A stretch of DNA of 64,000 bases from an uncultured Haliangium sp. (GCA_964195735.1 CAXMQY010000061.1:1131-65130), one strand, 5' to 3'; counted from the stretch's first letter, positions 9,001-17,330 are shown. The notes: generated by a model not told the origin, from the letters alone. Translations and numbers: made by a program.

Positions 9001-9428
9001 CAGACCGCGCCCCGGTTATTCTCCACGGCATGGCACATGCATTCGGTGGCGGTGTACAGCAACTCGTGGGTTTCCTCGGCATCGAGGTCTTCGGTCAGCG
9101 CGGTGGAGTCGACGATATCGGCGAACAGCAGGGTTACCGGTTTTCGTTCGCCGGGGGTTCGCGACCAGGCGGTAATGTCTTCGTCACCGCCAGGCGCGGC
9201 AGCGATCTCAGCGGTGTCCTCTGCCGTGGCAGCCGCCAGAACCTGTTGTGATAACAGGATTGCCTTGAGTATTGTCCGGCGATGTCCGAGCGCGCTAATC
9301 CCAATTTCCTTGAGATCCGCATCGCTCAGTTCGGGCAGAATTTCCAGCCCGATTTCATGCTCGACAAAACTGGCCGCGTACTGGCTTAAGCCAAGCTCGT
9401 CGAGCCATCGCGACATATCCTTCGACAT
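6060..9428 (-). CDS. multidomain signalling protein: SAM domain + class III adenylate/guanylate cyclase + P-loop STAND-type NTPase + TPR-like repeats
   Basis: 1122-aa ORF. It has an N-terminal SAM-like domain (WLDELGLSQYAASFVEHEIGLEILPELSDADLKEIGI) and a cyclase core (VTLLFADIVDSTALTE ... RIRVGLHSGEVVV). A Walker A motif (LLIRGEPGIGKTRL) and a long helical-repeat C-terminus follow. Confidence 0.85.
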   Translation of the reverse strand: MSKDMSRWLDELGLSQYAASFVEHEIGLEILPELSDADLKEIGISALGHRRTILKAILLSQQVLAAATAEDTAEIAAAPGGDEDITAWSRTPGERKPVTLLFADIVDSTALTEDLDAEETHELLYTATECMCHAVENNRGAVCRIMGDGVMAMFGAPLASERHALEACKAALDMQLSISRYSKKLKQNHAEGIRIRVGLHSGEVVVLEVGDDPGKPEYDASGPNVPVAARMEQSADAGSILMTEKTRTLAEQWVETTDYGEVSVKGLSQPISVFVLDRIRSASGPADIPPSQPIVGRVFEQAQFRGLLQACGDSGHGQGLLIRGEPGIGKTRLSEELMNLARQDGYLTYQAVVLDFGTGKGQAAIPSLVRDFLGIAPASSKRKRAQALDAAVKTGITRPDQRVFLNDLLDLRQPLALRTLYDAMEARTRIEGKHRVVGQIVTRLAAEQPMLLVIEGLHWADAVTLEYLAYLAQELADSPVLLLMTTRLEDDPIDINWRARAGEHPSVTWDLGPLRAEESLQLATGFAAGKDEFVHQCIARAEGNPLFLEQLLLVTERGGIDSVPDSIKSIVLARIDQLAGADKLALRAASILGQRFDLDGLRHLVEDPDYDCRQMIAHHLVRPDGALFMFAHALIQGGIYASLLKNQRNALHRKAAAWYGKRDYILQAEHLDRAGDASAVDAYLMAARSESALYRPERALQLVRRGLEIAPEDESFALKCLEGELLRIHGDIAESIEAYRNATLVAGGEIGRCNAWIGMAEGLAATGEHRDALDVLENATAVANEHGLALERARIHRIIGNVHFYRGEIEACLQSNMCSLEYARAAESPEVEARALSGLANAEYNRGRFISAQDYFDQCIELARAHGFGRIIAANLSLRSYVSCWQVKTEAAIAGYREAAEQAVLINDPRAQMLALMIGGSFWALVGDYREGEKWLKSSMKIIRRSQARLFEGVCFYLLGRFALLRGDREGACKLVRQGIAILRESESGMTFGGPIALGILALAAENEQQCHQALAEAGTILDAGSVGHNYLNFYEDAMEACLQIGAWDEVEAYAAALEDYTRAQPLPRSDYFIARGRALAAHGRGQRDAQTLAQLQRLGEAADKSGFNLSRRALDAALESE

Positions 9429-9752
9429 TGCGTGTACCAGGCCTCCCCCGGCCCGACAGTATACCCAGCTTGCTTAAAATTGTCCGCAGCCCCCTGTCTC
9501 GGCGGCGCCGGCTATCGCCTGGGGTTGATCAGTCCAGCGAATATCCCGGCTTTCGAACACATCGGCTCGGGTCGATAGACCAGCCGGGGGTCGGTCGCAA
9601 AATACTGCTCGGCATCAACCCAGCTGAGCGTTTCGAGCTTGACTCCATGCTTCATTGTTTTCTATTGTTGTTTTCTATTGTTCAACGGGTTTCAGGTTCG
9701 ACTGGGCTGGTTCGAGCGGATGATAACCTGAGACCCGGCATAAAACACTGTA

Positions 9753-9866
9753 ATGACGACTTCCACCGACACAATCGAGGCCGCGGACCAGCTGAGCTGG
9801 CATTTGCGCATGGGGCATCGCTGGCTGCAGGACCTGGCGCTCGTCAACCGGCGTTCGCAGGCATGA
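9753..9866 (+). CDS. possible 37-aa upstream ORF translationally coupled to the P-loop gene
   Basis: It encodes MTTSTDTIEAADQLSWHLRMGHRWLQDLALVNRRSQA. Its TGA overlaps the downstream ATG (ATGA at 9863). Third codon positions are strongly G/C-biased in this frame, unlike the alternative frame. It is below the ORF-track size cutoff. Confidence 0.3.
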   Translation: MTTSTDTIEAADQLSWHLRMGHRWLQDLALVNRRSQA

Positions 9867-11560
9867 GCGGCGAGCAATTCTCGGCCTGGAGCCCCGGTAT
9901 CGAGTCGGAAATACCACTCGACTACCGCGAACTGGAAACCATATACAACCCCGCCAACGTGTTCACGCAGCTTGATGATGTCAATCGGCTGGCGCAGGAA
10001 ACCGGCCTGAACCCCGAGGAGTTGATCTCCTTTCGACCGCATCGGCTGGTGTTACACGAGCTGATCGTGCGCATCACCGCGGATATCGTGGTACGCGAAG
10101 GCGATGCCGAGGAGGATCTGGGCATCAATTTTCGCAACATCGCCAACCTGATATTCAGCCAGTACATCATCCCCGGCCTGATGCAAATCGAACACAGATT
10201 CGACACCATGCGCACCCGCATCGAGGACATGACGGCGGCCGAGCTCGAACGCGCGCTGACTCCGGCTGCGGCGCCGGGCAAAGCAAAAACCTCCCTGTGG
10301 GCGAACCTGTTCAGGAAAAAACCCCAGCCGCCAAAAGCACCGGCGCTAACCCGCCAGGAACGCGAATTCGAACTGATCAACAACTTCAAACAGCGCGGGC
10401 TCGCTGCGGAGGATGAACTTTCGGCAGCCGTGTATCGAAGCCTGTATCGCATCCTCGGCGCGATTACGACCACGCGCGGGTTCATCGGCAACGACCCGGT
10501 CTACCTGCGCGAAATCTGCGTACGCCACGCCTGCAATTACCTCGGCAGCCGCGAGATCGGCCGCAAGGTCGGCGCGCTGGTGGACAGGGCGATCGAGGCC
10601 GAGAGCTATGCCCGTATCGCCGATGCCGACAAGCCCATCCTGTTCAGCCTGAAAGGAGCGTCGGCCGCGGGCAAGAGTTCGCTGCGGCCGATGTTGCGCG
10701 AAATGATGCAGCTGCTCGGAATCGGCGAAGACGGTTACGGCACCATCAGCCCGGATATCTGGCGGCGCCTGCTGATCGACTACGACGTGCTCGGCGACAG
10801 CTTCAAGTACGCCGGCCGCTTTACCAGCCACGAAGTCAATATCATCGATACCAAGCTCGATCACTATATTCGCGCCAAGGCCGACCATCGCAAGTCGATC
10901 CCGCACCTGATGGTCGACCGTTTTCGCTTCGACAGTTTTGCCAGCGAGAAAATCACCCGCGTGCTGCATCGAACCTATGTGCGCTACATCGATACCATGT
11001 ACATGTATTTCGTCGTCACTCCACCCGAGGCAACCGTCGAGCGCGGTTGGGAACGCGGACTGGTACGTGGCCGCTTCAAGGCGGTCGAGGATTTCCTCGG
11101 GCATTGCATCGAAGCCTACGCGGGCATGCCCAAGTTGCTGTTCAAGTGGACATCCAACAAATCACCCATTTATTTTTTCGAGTTTCTCGACAACAGCGTG
11201 CCCAAGGGCAACTATCCCGAGCTGATCGCGCGCGGCACCCAGGGTAAAATGCAGATCTACCAGTTACGCTCGCTGATCGATATCGAGCGTTACCAGCGCA
11301 TCAATGTACTCGCCACCTGCCCCGAAGAGGTCGCAGCGCCCGCTGAACAGTTACAGGTTGCAAACAACCTCGGATTTCTCAGGCAATGCATCAACCGCTT
11401 TCCACTGATCGAGTTCATCGACCGGTCCAGCAACAGCTGCTACCTGGTGATCCGCCGGGGCAGTTTCGAGGTATGTGACGCTGACCTGTTCGAGCGCAAA
11501 CTCGCCGACGACAACCTGCGCGAAGTCATTGCCCAGCTGGCGCCGGATTTGCCGCGCTAA
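9863..11560 (+). CDS. hypothetical P-loop protein with a zeta-toxin/AAA-kinase-like C-terminal half
   Basis: The likely start is ATG 9863 (MSGEQFSAWSPG...), inside the 710-aa ORF. It has a Walker A motif LKGASAAGKSSL followed by a nucleotide-kinase-like region. The N-terminal roughly 300 aa contain no domain I recognise. Confidence 0.55.
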   Translation: MSGEQFSAWSPGIESEIPLDYRELETIYNPANVFTQLDDVNRLAQETGLNPEELISFRPHRLVLHELIVRITADIVVREGDAEEDLGINFRNIANLIFSQYIIPGLMQIEHRFDTMRTRIEDMTAAELERALTPAAAPGKAKTSLWANLFRKKPQPPKAPALTRQEREFELINNFKQRGLAAEDELSAAVYRSLYRILGAITTTRGFIGNDPVYLREICVRHACNYLGSREIGRKVGALVDRAIEAESYARIADADKPILFSLKGASAAGKSSLRPMLREMMQLLGIGEDGYGTISPDIWRRLLIDYDVLGDSFKYAGRFTSHEVNIIDTKLDHYIRAKADHRKSIPHLMVDRFRFDSFASEKITRVLHRTYVRYIDTMYMYFVVTPPEATVERGWERGLVRGRFKAVEDFLGHCIEAYAGMPKLLFKWTSNKSPIYFFEFLDNSVPKGNYPELIARGTQGKMQIYQLRSLIDIERYQRINVLATCPEEVAAPAEQLQVANNLGFLRQCINRFPLIEFIDRSSNSCYLVIRRGSFEVCDADLFERKLADDNLREVIAQLAPDLPR

Positions 11561-11614
11561 TAATCCCTGGGCTACACTGCGCCCATCCAGTAAGTAAGAC
11601 CCAGGAGGTGCAAC

Positions 11615-12040
11615 ATGAGTGATTCGATCAAGGGCAGTTGCCTGTGTGGCGCGGTGCGCTACCAGTTCCACGGCCCGGAATACGTGTTTCAGTATTGCCA
11701 TTGCTCGCGCTGCCGCAAGTTTACCGGCAGCGCACACGCTAGCAATATCATCGTCAACCCGCAGTATTTCGAATGGCTTCAGGGTGAAGACCAGGTTGGC
11801 CGATTCGAGCACCCTGAAGCAAAGCACTTCGCCACCTGCTTTTGCAAGCACTGCGGCTCGTCACTACCCTGGATGGCCAAGAGCGGGGCTTCGATCGTGA
11901 TCCCGGCCGGCACCCTCGATGAAGATCCCCGAATGCGACCCACGCAGAATATCCACTGGAAAGATCGTGCACCCTGGCACGAGGCCGTGGAGTCGCTGGC
12001 GCAGCACGACGAACTGCCGCCGCGCAAGACCGGGGGTTGA
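11615..12040 (+). CDS. GFA (glutathione-dependent formaldehyde-activating / CENP-V) family protein
   Basis: 141 aa with the zinc-binding Cys pattern GSCLCGAVRY ... YCHCSRCRKFTGSAHA ... FCKHCGSSL. Confidence 0.8.
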   Translation: MSDSIKGSCLCGAVRYQFHGPEYVFQYCHCSRCRKFTGSAHASNIIVNPQYFEWLQGEDQVGRFEHPEAKHFATCFCKHCGSSLPWMAKSGASIVIPAGTLDEDPRMRPTQNIHWKDRAPWHEAVESLAQHDELPPRKTGG

Positions 12041-12043
12041 ATC

Positions 12044-13051
12044 ATGTCTTTGCGTAACGCTTCCCTGCTGGCGCTGATCACGATTTGGCTGACGATTGCG
12101 ACTGCTGCCAGCGCGGCGGAGTATCCCCGCAACCCGTTGGCACTCGGCGATTCAATTTACGTTTCCCACCAGGGCGTATACCGCTTCGACGAGGCGCGCA
12201 CCGAACCGCTGTGGATCAGCCTGGCGGGTGTCGAGACCTTCGCCCCGGTGGCCTACCGGGACTTGCTGTTGGTCGGCAGTACCCAGGGACTGTACGCGCT
12301 GCGCCTGGCCGATGGCAGCATTGCCTGGCACATCGAGAAACAACACAGCCTGTTTACGCCGACGCTCGGCGAGCAGGCCTATGCCGGCAGCGTGCACGGC
12401 GAGCTGTACGCGATTGCACCGCAGGACGGCAGTATCCGCTGGCGACGCGCATTCGACGGCTGGATTTATTCACCCGCGATCAACACCGACGCAAGCTGGC
12501 TTTGGACCGGCGGACAGGCTCACGAGGTCTATGCCCTCAGCAGTGACGACGGCGAGGTGACGCAAAAGATCCCGACCTCGCAGGAATCGGTATTCCGCGC
12601 GGTCGACCTGGGCGATGCGCGCGTGGCCTTCAACCTGTTCGACGGCAGCAGCGTGGTGATCAATTCCGACAATGGACAGGTCGAATCTATCCTCGCCGGT
12701 GACGCGCAACCGACCGCCATCCTGCGCCGCGGCGACATGATTTACCGCGGCCACAGCGATGGCAGCCTGTCCGCTTTCGCCAGCAAGTCGCTGCAACCTG
12801 AGTGGCGGCGAGCGCTGCTGGCGCAGGGCCTGATCGTGCATCCGTCCCAGCCCGGATACCTGTTGCTTGGCGATCAGGATCGCAAGCTATTGCTAATGGA
12901 ACTGGTGCAACACAGCATTCAATGCGAGTTCGAGCCCGACGGCCAATGGCTACTGCCGATACAGGTCGAATCCGACAAAATCCTTTTTTTCCGGAAATCA
13001 ATGCAACCTCCACGCCTCAGGCTGGTCAAACCCCCTGCAACATGTCACTAA
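12044..13051 (+). CDS. secreted PQQ-like beta-propeller repeat protein (BamB-like fold)
   Basis: 335 aa with a signal peptide (LLALITIWLTIATAASA). It has repeated motifs LYALRLADGSIAWH, GELYAIAPQDGSIRWRR and VYALSSDDGEV. Confidence 0.6.
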   Translation: MSLRNASLLALITIWLTIATAASAAEYPRNPLALGDSIYVSHQGVYRFDEARTEPLWISLAGVETFAPVAYRDLLLVGSTQGLYALRLADGSIAWHIEKQHSLFTPTLGEQAYAGSVHGELYAIAPQDGSIRWRRAFDGWIYSPAINTDASWLWTGGQAHEVYALSSDDGEVTQKIPTSQESVFRAVDLGDARVAFNLFDGSSVVINSDNGQVESILAGDAQPTAILRRGDMIYRGHSDGSLSAFASKSLQPEWRRALLAQGLIVHPSQPGYLLLGDQDRKLLLMELVQHSIQCEFEPDGQWLLPIQVESDKILFFRKSMQPPRLRLVKPPATCH

Positions 13052-13078
13052 AATTCTAAAATCCCTGGGGGAATCCTG

Positions 13079-13606
13079 ATGAAAGCAATAAAACTGTTGT
13101 ACCTTGGAATGTTTGTATTATTGACCGGGACCGTCAATGCCGCCGCACCTTTCGGCGGAGAGGATGATGTCAACTACGCCAAGAACCTGTGGCAAACCAT
13201 GGTTGACGCCGGCTACGCGGGCGAAGGCAGACTGATGTCGCGGCCCTATACCGGCCAGCATCCACATGGCGCAATTCTCGATACCATCGAGGGCCAGATT
13301 GCGCTAGATGGCTCGCTTCACCAAATCATCGTCAAGCGTAATTATGGAGGTGAAGGCGTCAGTATCGCCAACGTCGCCAATGATCCCGACAAGTACATAA
13401 AGGCGTTCACCGTGATGCTGAAACGCCCGGGCTACGACCCTGAAACCCAGGACTGGTTCTGGGCCAAGTTCAAGGCTGACGGCAGCCTCGACACCAACCC
13501 TGCAGGCATGAAGCTCGCGGGCAAGGTCGCCAAGGGCAAGCCCAAGGGTTGCATCGCCTGTCATACCGCCGCTCCGGGCGGCGACATGTTGTTCCTGCAG
13601 GACTAG
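13079..13606 (+). CDS. periplasmic monohaem protein, cytochrome P460 family-like
   Basis: 175 aa with a signal peptide. A single CXXCH motif sits near the C-terminus (KGCIACHTAAPGGDMLF), which is the layout in cytochrome P460 (CAACH...DMVF). The IIVKRNY and DWFWAKFKADGS segments also resemble that family. Confidence 0.55.
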   Translation: MKAIKLLYLGMFVLLTGTVNAAAPFGGEDDVNYAKNLWQTMVDAGYAGEGRLMSRPYTGQHPHGAILDTIEGQIALDGSLHQIIVKRNYGGEGVSIANVANDPDKYIKAFTVMLKRPGYDPETQDWFWAKFKADGSLDTNPAGMKLAGKVAKGKPKGCIACHTAAPGGDMLFLQD

Positions 13607-13623
13607 CAGTCTGCTAGCCACGC

Positions 13624-13675
13624 ATCATCCCGGTAGGCTCCTGGCCGGTAGGCGCCTGGCGCTTACCGGGATGAT
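13624..13675. terminator. long hairpin between convergent genes (putative bidirectional terminator)
   Basis: ATCATCCCGGTA (13624..13635) pairs perfectly with TACCGGGATGAT (13664..13675). It lies between the P460-like stop and the polB stop. There is no clear U-tract. Confidence 0.4.
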
Positions 13676-13687
13676 CTTCAGCGGTAA

Positions 13688-16051
13688 TCAGAACAAATCC
13701 TGCTGCTGACCCGTAATCGCATCCATCGACGAACCGATCGCGTTCAGTATGGTATCCGCGATCGGCGTTAACTGGCGTTCGAGGATGTGCTCGTAGTCGA
13801 GCCGCGCCGACTGGCATTCCCGCGTCTGCGCACCGGCAACCGTGATCACGTACTCGACCCAGCTGCGATTACGATAACGTGACAGTTCATGGTTGCGGCG
13901 AAACTCCGCTTCCGCCTTGATCGCTGCCTGCGCGTGCGGCGGTATATTTTTCTGGTACTCACCGAGTTTCTTGTGCAGGCGCTTGCGGTACACCAGCTTC
14001 GCATCCAGCTTGCCGTCGTAGAGATCGGCAATCGTCTGGCGAATGAAGTCTGCGGGATCGGCACCGTCAAAGATCAACGGGTACAGAGTTTGCTGGAACT
14101 CGCGCGCGAGCTCAGTCCAGTCGGTACGCACCGTTTCCAGCCCCTTGTAAACGAGTTTACGCTGGCCCTGCTCATCGTCGACGAGGCCGGCGTAGCGCTT
14201 TTTGCTGCCCTGGTCGGAACCGCGCGTGGTCGGCATGAAAAACTGGTGGTAATGGGTTTCGTATTCCATTTCGAGACAGGACTCGATGCCGTATTGTTCG
14301 CGCAGGTGATCGCGCCAGTAACGATTGACCCGCTCCACCAGGTGGCTGCCGATGGTGCCGGCCGCCTTGTTGTCATGGCGGCCGTTCAGGGATACGAAGA
14401 CCGAATCGGTATCGCCGTAGATCACTTCGTAGCCCTCGTCCTCGATGAGCTTGACAGTCTGAATGATAATGTCGTGGCCGCGTTTGGTGATCGAACTGGT
14501 CAGGCGCGAGTCGTGCAGGCGACAACCCGAGGTGCCGAGCACGCCGTAGAACGAATTCATGATGATCTTGATTGCCTGCGACAGGGCAGCGTTGCCGTCC
14601 CGCTTGGCCTGGTCGCGCGCGGCCCACAGGTTTTCGATGATTTGCGGCAGTATGTGATCGTGCTTGTGGAAGCTGGCGCCGTCGTAACCGGGGATCACGT
14701 CATCCGCGGCAGCACTCGCGGCGGCCACGCGCGCATAGGGGTCGACACGAAACGTGCGGATGATGCTCGGGTACAGGCTCTTGTAATCGAGTACCAGCAC
14801 CGAGTCCTGCAACCCCGGCTTCGAATCCATCACGTACCCACCGGGTGCGCTCAACTCGCTCTCGTAGTCGCCGATATTGGGCGCGATGTAACCCTTGCGG
14901 TGCAGGCGCGGCAGGTAAAGATTGTCGAAGGCCGCGACCGAACCACCGGCGCGATCCATTTCCAGCCCGGTGAGCTGGGCGCGCTCGATGGCAAAGCTGA
15001 TCAAGCCGGCATGCTCGAAAATATCCCATACCAGCTGGCAATCCTCGAGGTTGTAAGCCGCCAGCTCGGGTTTGTTTTCCGCAAACTGGCGACGAATCTG
15101 TTTCGCCTTGTAGAGCGGATCGGTGGAGTTCTGGTCATGTATCAGCTTGCCGCGTCCCAGTAACTCGCGCGCCACCGCTTCGAGCGCAAAACTGGGGAAA
15201 TTATAGGTCGCCGCGCGCAGCGTATCGATGCCGTCGAGCACCACCCTTCCCGGGATCAGCACGAAGTAGTGATTGCGATCGGCCTGCGACTGTCGCCACT
15301 GCGGCAGTGCGCCACCGCGGCCGAGCGTGAGCGGCAGACCCAGTGCCTGGCCCCTTTTCTGCAGCAGGCGTAAATCGAAATTGACGACATTCCAGCCGAT
15401 CAGGATGTCCGGGTCGAGCTGCGTCACCCACTCGATCCAGCGTTGCAGCAGGCTACGCTCATCGGCGAGATATTCGACCAGCTCGTCGTCTTCACCGGCA
15501 CCAATCATCAACACACGCCGAACCCGGGAACTGACAAAGGCAATCGAAAACAGCGCATCGCTCTCGTAGTCGGACTCGATATCGAAGGACATGACCTCGA
15601 AATCGGGACGATAGTCACCGGGTTGCAGGCGCAGGTTATGCTGGATCTCGGCACTGAAATCGGCGTCGATGTCGATTGCGGCGGTAATGAAGCGCTCGCA
15701 CAGAAATCTCTCGGTCGGACGTATGTCGGCTTCGAAACAGGAGATGCCCTGCTGCGCCAGGCGGTCGCGCGCGCGGTATAGCTGCTGCTGTGAATCGAAG
15801 TACACGGCGCTGACCGCCTCCCCGTCGAAAGCACGCAGTTGCAGCGGTTTGATGCTGACGCCGCGGTTATTGGCGAGCAGTTCAGTGGCCGCGGCGACAT
15901 CACGCTCGCGAATAAAAAACAACGCTTGCTGGCCATGGATCGACACCGCCATCGGCCCCTCCGCCGTGCTCAACCAGAAATCCAGGCGCAGGCCGTCGCG
16001 ATCGTCGGCCCATTGCCGCGTCAACAGGAATCCGGGCGTCACGGCCGTCAT
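13688..16051 (-). CDS. polB: DNA polymerase II (family B)
   Basis: 787 aa. Family-B motifs are DYKSLYPSII, KIIMNSFYGVLG and VIYGDTDSVFV. An N-terminal 3'-5' exonuclease region is present (FDIES). Confidence 0.93.
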   Translation of the reverse strand: MTAVTPGFLLTRQWADDRDGLRLDFWLSTAEGPMAVSIHGQQALFFIRERDVAAATELLANNRGVSIKPLQLRAFDGEAVSAVYFDSQQQLYRARDRLAQQGISCFEADIRPTERFLCERFITAAIDIDADFSAEIQHNLRLQPGDYRPDFEVMSFDIESDYESDALFSIAFVSSRVRRVLMIGAGEDDELVEYLADERSLLQRWIEWVTQLDPDILIGWNVVNFDLRLLQKRGQALGLPLTLGRGGALPQWRQSQADRNHYFVLIPGRVVLDGIDTLRAATYNFPSFALEAVARELLGRGKLIHDQNSTDPLYKAKQIRRQFAENKPELAAYNLEDCQLVWDIFEHAGLISFAIERAQLTGLEMDRAGGSVAAFDNLYLPRLHRKGYIAPNIGDYESELSAPGGYVMDSKPGLQDSVLVLDYKSLYPSIIRTFRVDPYARVAAASAAADDVIPGYDGASFHKHDHILPQIIENLWAARDQAKRDGNAALSQAIKIIMNSFYGVLGTSGCRLHDSRLTSSITKRGHDIIIQTVKLIEDEGYEVIYGDTDSVFVSLNGRHDNKAAGTIGSHLVERVNRYWRDHLREQYGIESCLEMEYETHYHQFFMPTTRGSDQGSKKRYAGLVDDEQGQRKLVYKGLETVRTDWTELAREFQQTLYPLIFDGADPADFIRQTIADLYDGKLDAKLVYRKRLHKKLGEYQKNIPPHAQAAIKAEAEFRRNHELSRYRNRSWVEYVITVAGAQTRECQSARLDYEHILERQLTPIADTILNAIGSSMDAITGQQQDLF

Positions 16052-16193
16052 CCTGGACCCTCGTTCGACACCAAAACCATCGCCCGGTATTCACTGTGTT
16101 GCTCAATTGACAAGTTAAGGCCTCGTCGAAAAATTCATTATTATCGCATTTCTGGATGTGTAATTATGACGCTTCTTTGATCCGGAGATTACC

Positions 16194-17207
16194 ATGCACC
16201 TTTCACGCTTCCCCCGACTGCACTTCGCCCACCTGCCCACGCCGCTGGAGCCGATGCCGCGCATATCGGAACATCTCGGCGGGCCCAATCTATGGATCAA
16301 GCGTGACGATTGTACCGGCCTGTCGTCGGGGGGAAACAAGACTCGCAAGCTCGAATTCCTGATGGCCGATGCGATCGAGCGTGGCGCCGATACCATCATC
16401 ACCCAGGGCGCGACCCAGTCCAACCACGCGCGCCAGACCTGTGCGGCCTCGGCCCGGCTCGGTCTCGAATGCCACATTCTGCTGGAGGATCGCACCGGGT
16501 ACCAGGACGAAGCCTATGCTTACAACGGCAATGTTCTTCTCGACGAGTTGCACGGTGCCAGTATTTCGCAGCGCCCCGCCGACAGCGACATGAACGCCGA
16601 AATGGAACAACTCGCGCAGCAGTTTCGTGACGACGGCTAGAAGCCTTACGTGATTCCCCGCGGCGGCTCCAATGAAACCGGCGCGCTCGGTTACGTCAAC
16701 GCGGCCTTTGAGATGACGTACCAGGCGAACGAGCGCTCGCTGAAAATCGATCACCTGCTGCACGCGACCGGCAGCGCCGGCACCCCGGCCGGTCTCGTGG
16801 TCGGCATGCAGGCGATGAACAGCGGCATCCCGGTCTACGGCGTCAGCGTACGCGCATCGAAAGCGAAACAGGAAGAGAATGTTTACGGGCTGGCGCAACG
16901 CACGCTCGACTTCATGGGGCTGAGCCAGGATCTGGTGCCGCGCGACAGCGTCGTCGCCAACAGCGATTACGTCGGCGATGGTTATGGCATACCAACCAAT
17001 TCAATGGTCGAGGCGGTCAAGATGCTCGCGGAATTTGAAGGCATTCTGCTGGACCCGGTGTACTCCGGCAAGGGATTCGCCGGGCTCATCGACCTGGTGC
17101 GCCAGGGTCATTTCAAGAAAGGTGAAAATGTCGTATTCCTGCACACCGGCGGCAGTGTTTCGCTGTTTGCCTACCCGAAGGTTTTTAACCTGCCCGGATA
17201 CCTGTGA
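16194..17207 (+). pseudogene. dcyD: D-cysteine desulfhydrase / ACC deaminase family gene interrupted by a single in-frame TAG
   Basis: ORFs 16194..16640 and 16650..17207 are in the same frame. The read-through is ...[25 protein letters not shown], colinear with E. coli DcyD ...[23 protein letters not shown]. The PLP-lysine context [10 protein letters not shown] is present. I saw no other lesions. Confidence 0.8.
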
Positions 17208-17225
17208 GTAAACGCCATCCTGCAT

Positions 17226-17306
17226 TATAAGATCCCCCTGATACTGTCATTCCCGACCGCATGCGGCCCAATTAGCAGCGGTCCGACGTATCGGAATCTT
17301 ATAAAG
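17226..17306. repeat. REP-like palindromic element, copy A (core in reverse orientation)
   Basis: The stem is TATAAGATCCCC ... GGAATCTTATAAAG. The 23-nt core GCGGTCCGACGTATCGGAATCTT lies at 17278..17300, directly after the dcyD stop. Confidence 0.7.
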
Positions 17307-17330
17307 TAAGCGTCATATAAATCTGCGAGC

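Noticed and set aside
9512-9655. A 47-aa minus-strand ORF (MKHGVKLETLSWVDAEQYFATDPRLVY...). Its start loosely resembles creatininase-family N-termini.
   Set aside because: The resemblance is short and ends before the catalytic region. There is no Shine-Dalgarno sequence. This cannot be supported without a database search, and at best the ORF is a gene remnant.
13889-15163. Long antisense ORFs. Examples are the 424-aa ORF opposite polB, 4446..5192 opposite mttB, 10346..11104 opposite the P-loop gene and 63149..63751 opposite the regulator.
   Set aside because: Their products are Arg/Ala/Gly/His-rich and low-complexity, which is typical of stop-codon-poor antisense frames in high-GC DNA. The opposite strand carries clear family motifs in every case.
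16052-16193. A LexA/SOS box upstream of polB.
   Set aside because: There is no CTGT-N8-ACAG match. The closest string is CTGTGTTGCTCAATTG, which lacks the second half-site.
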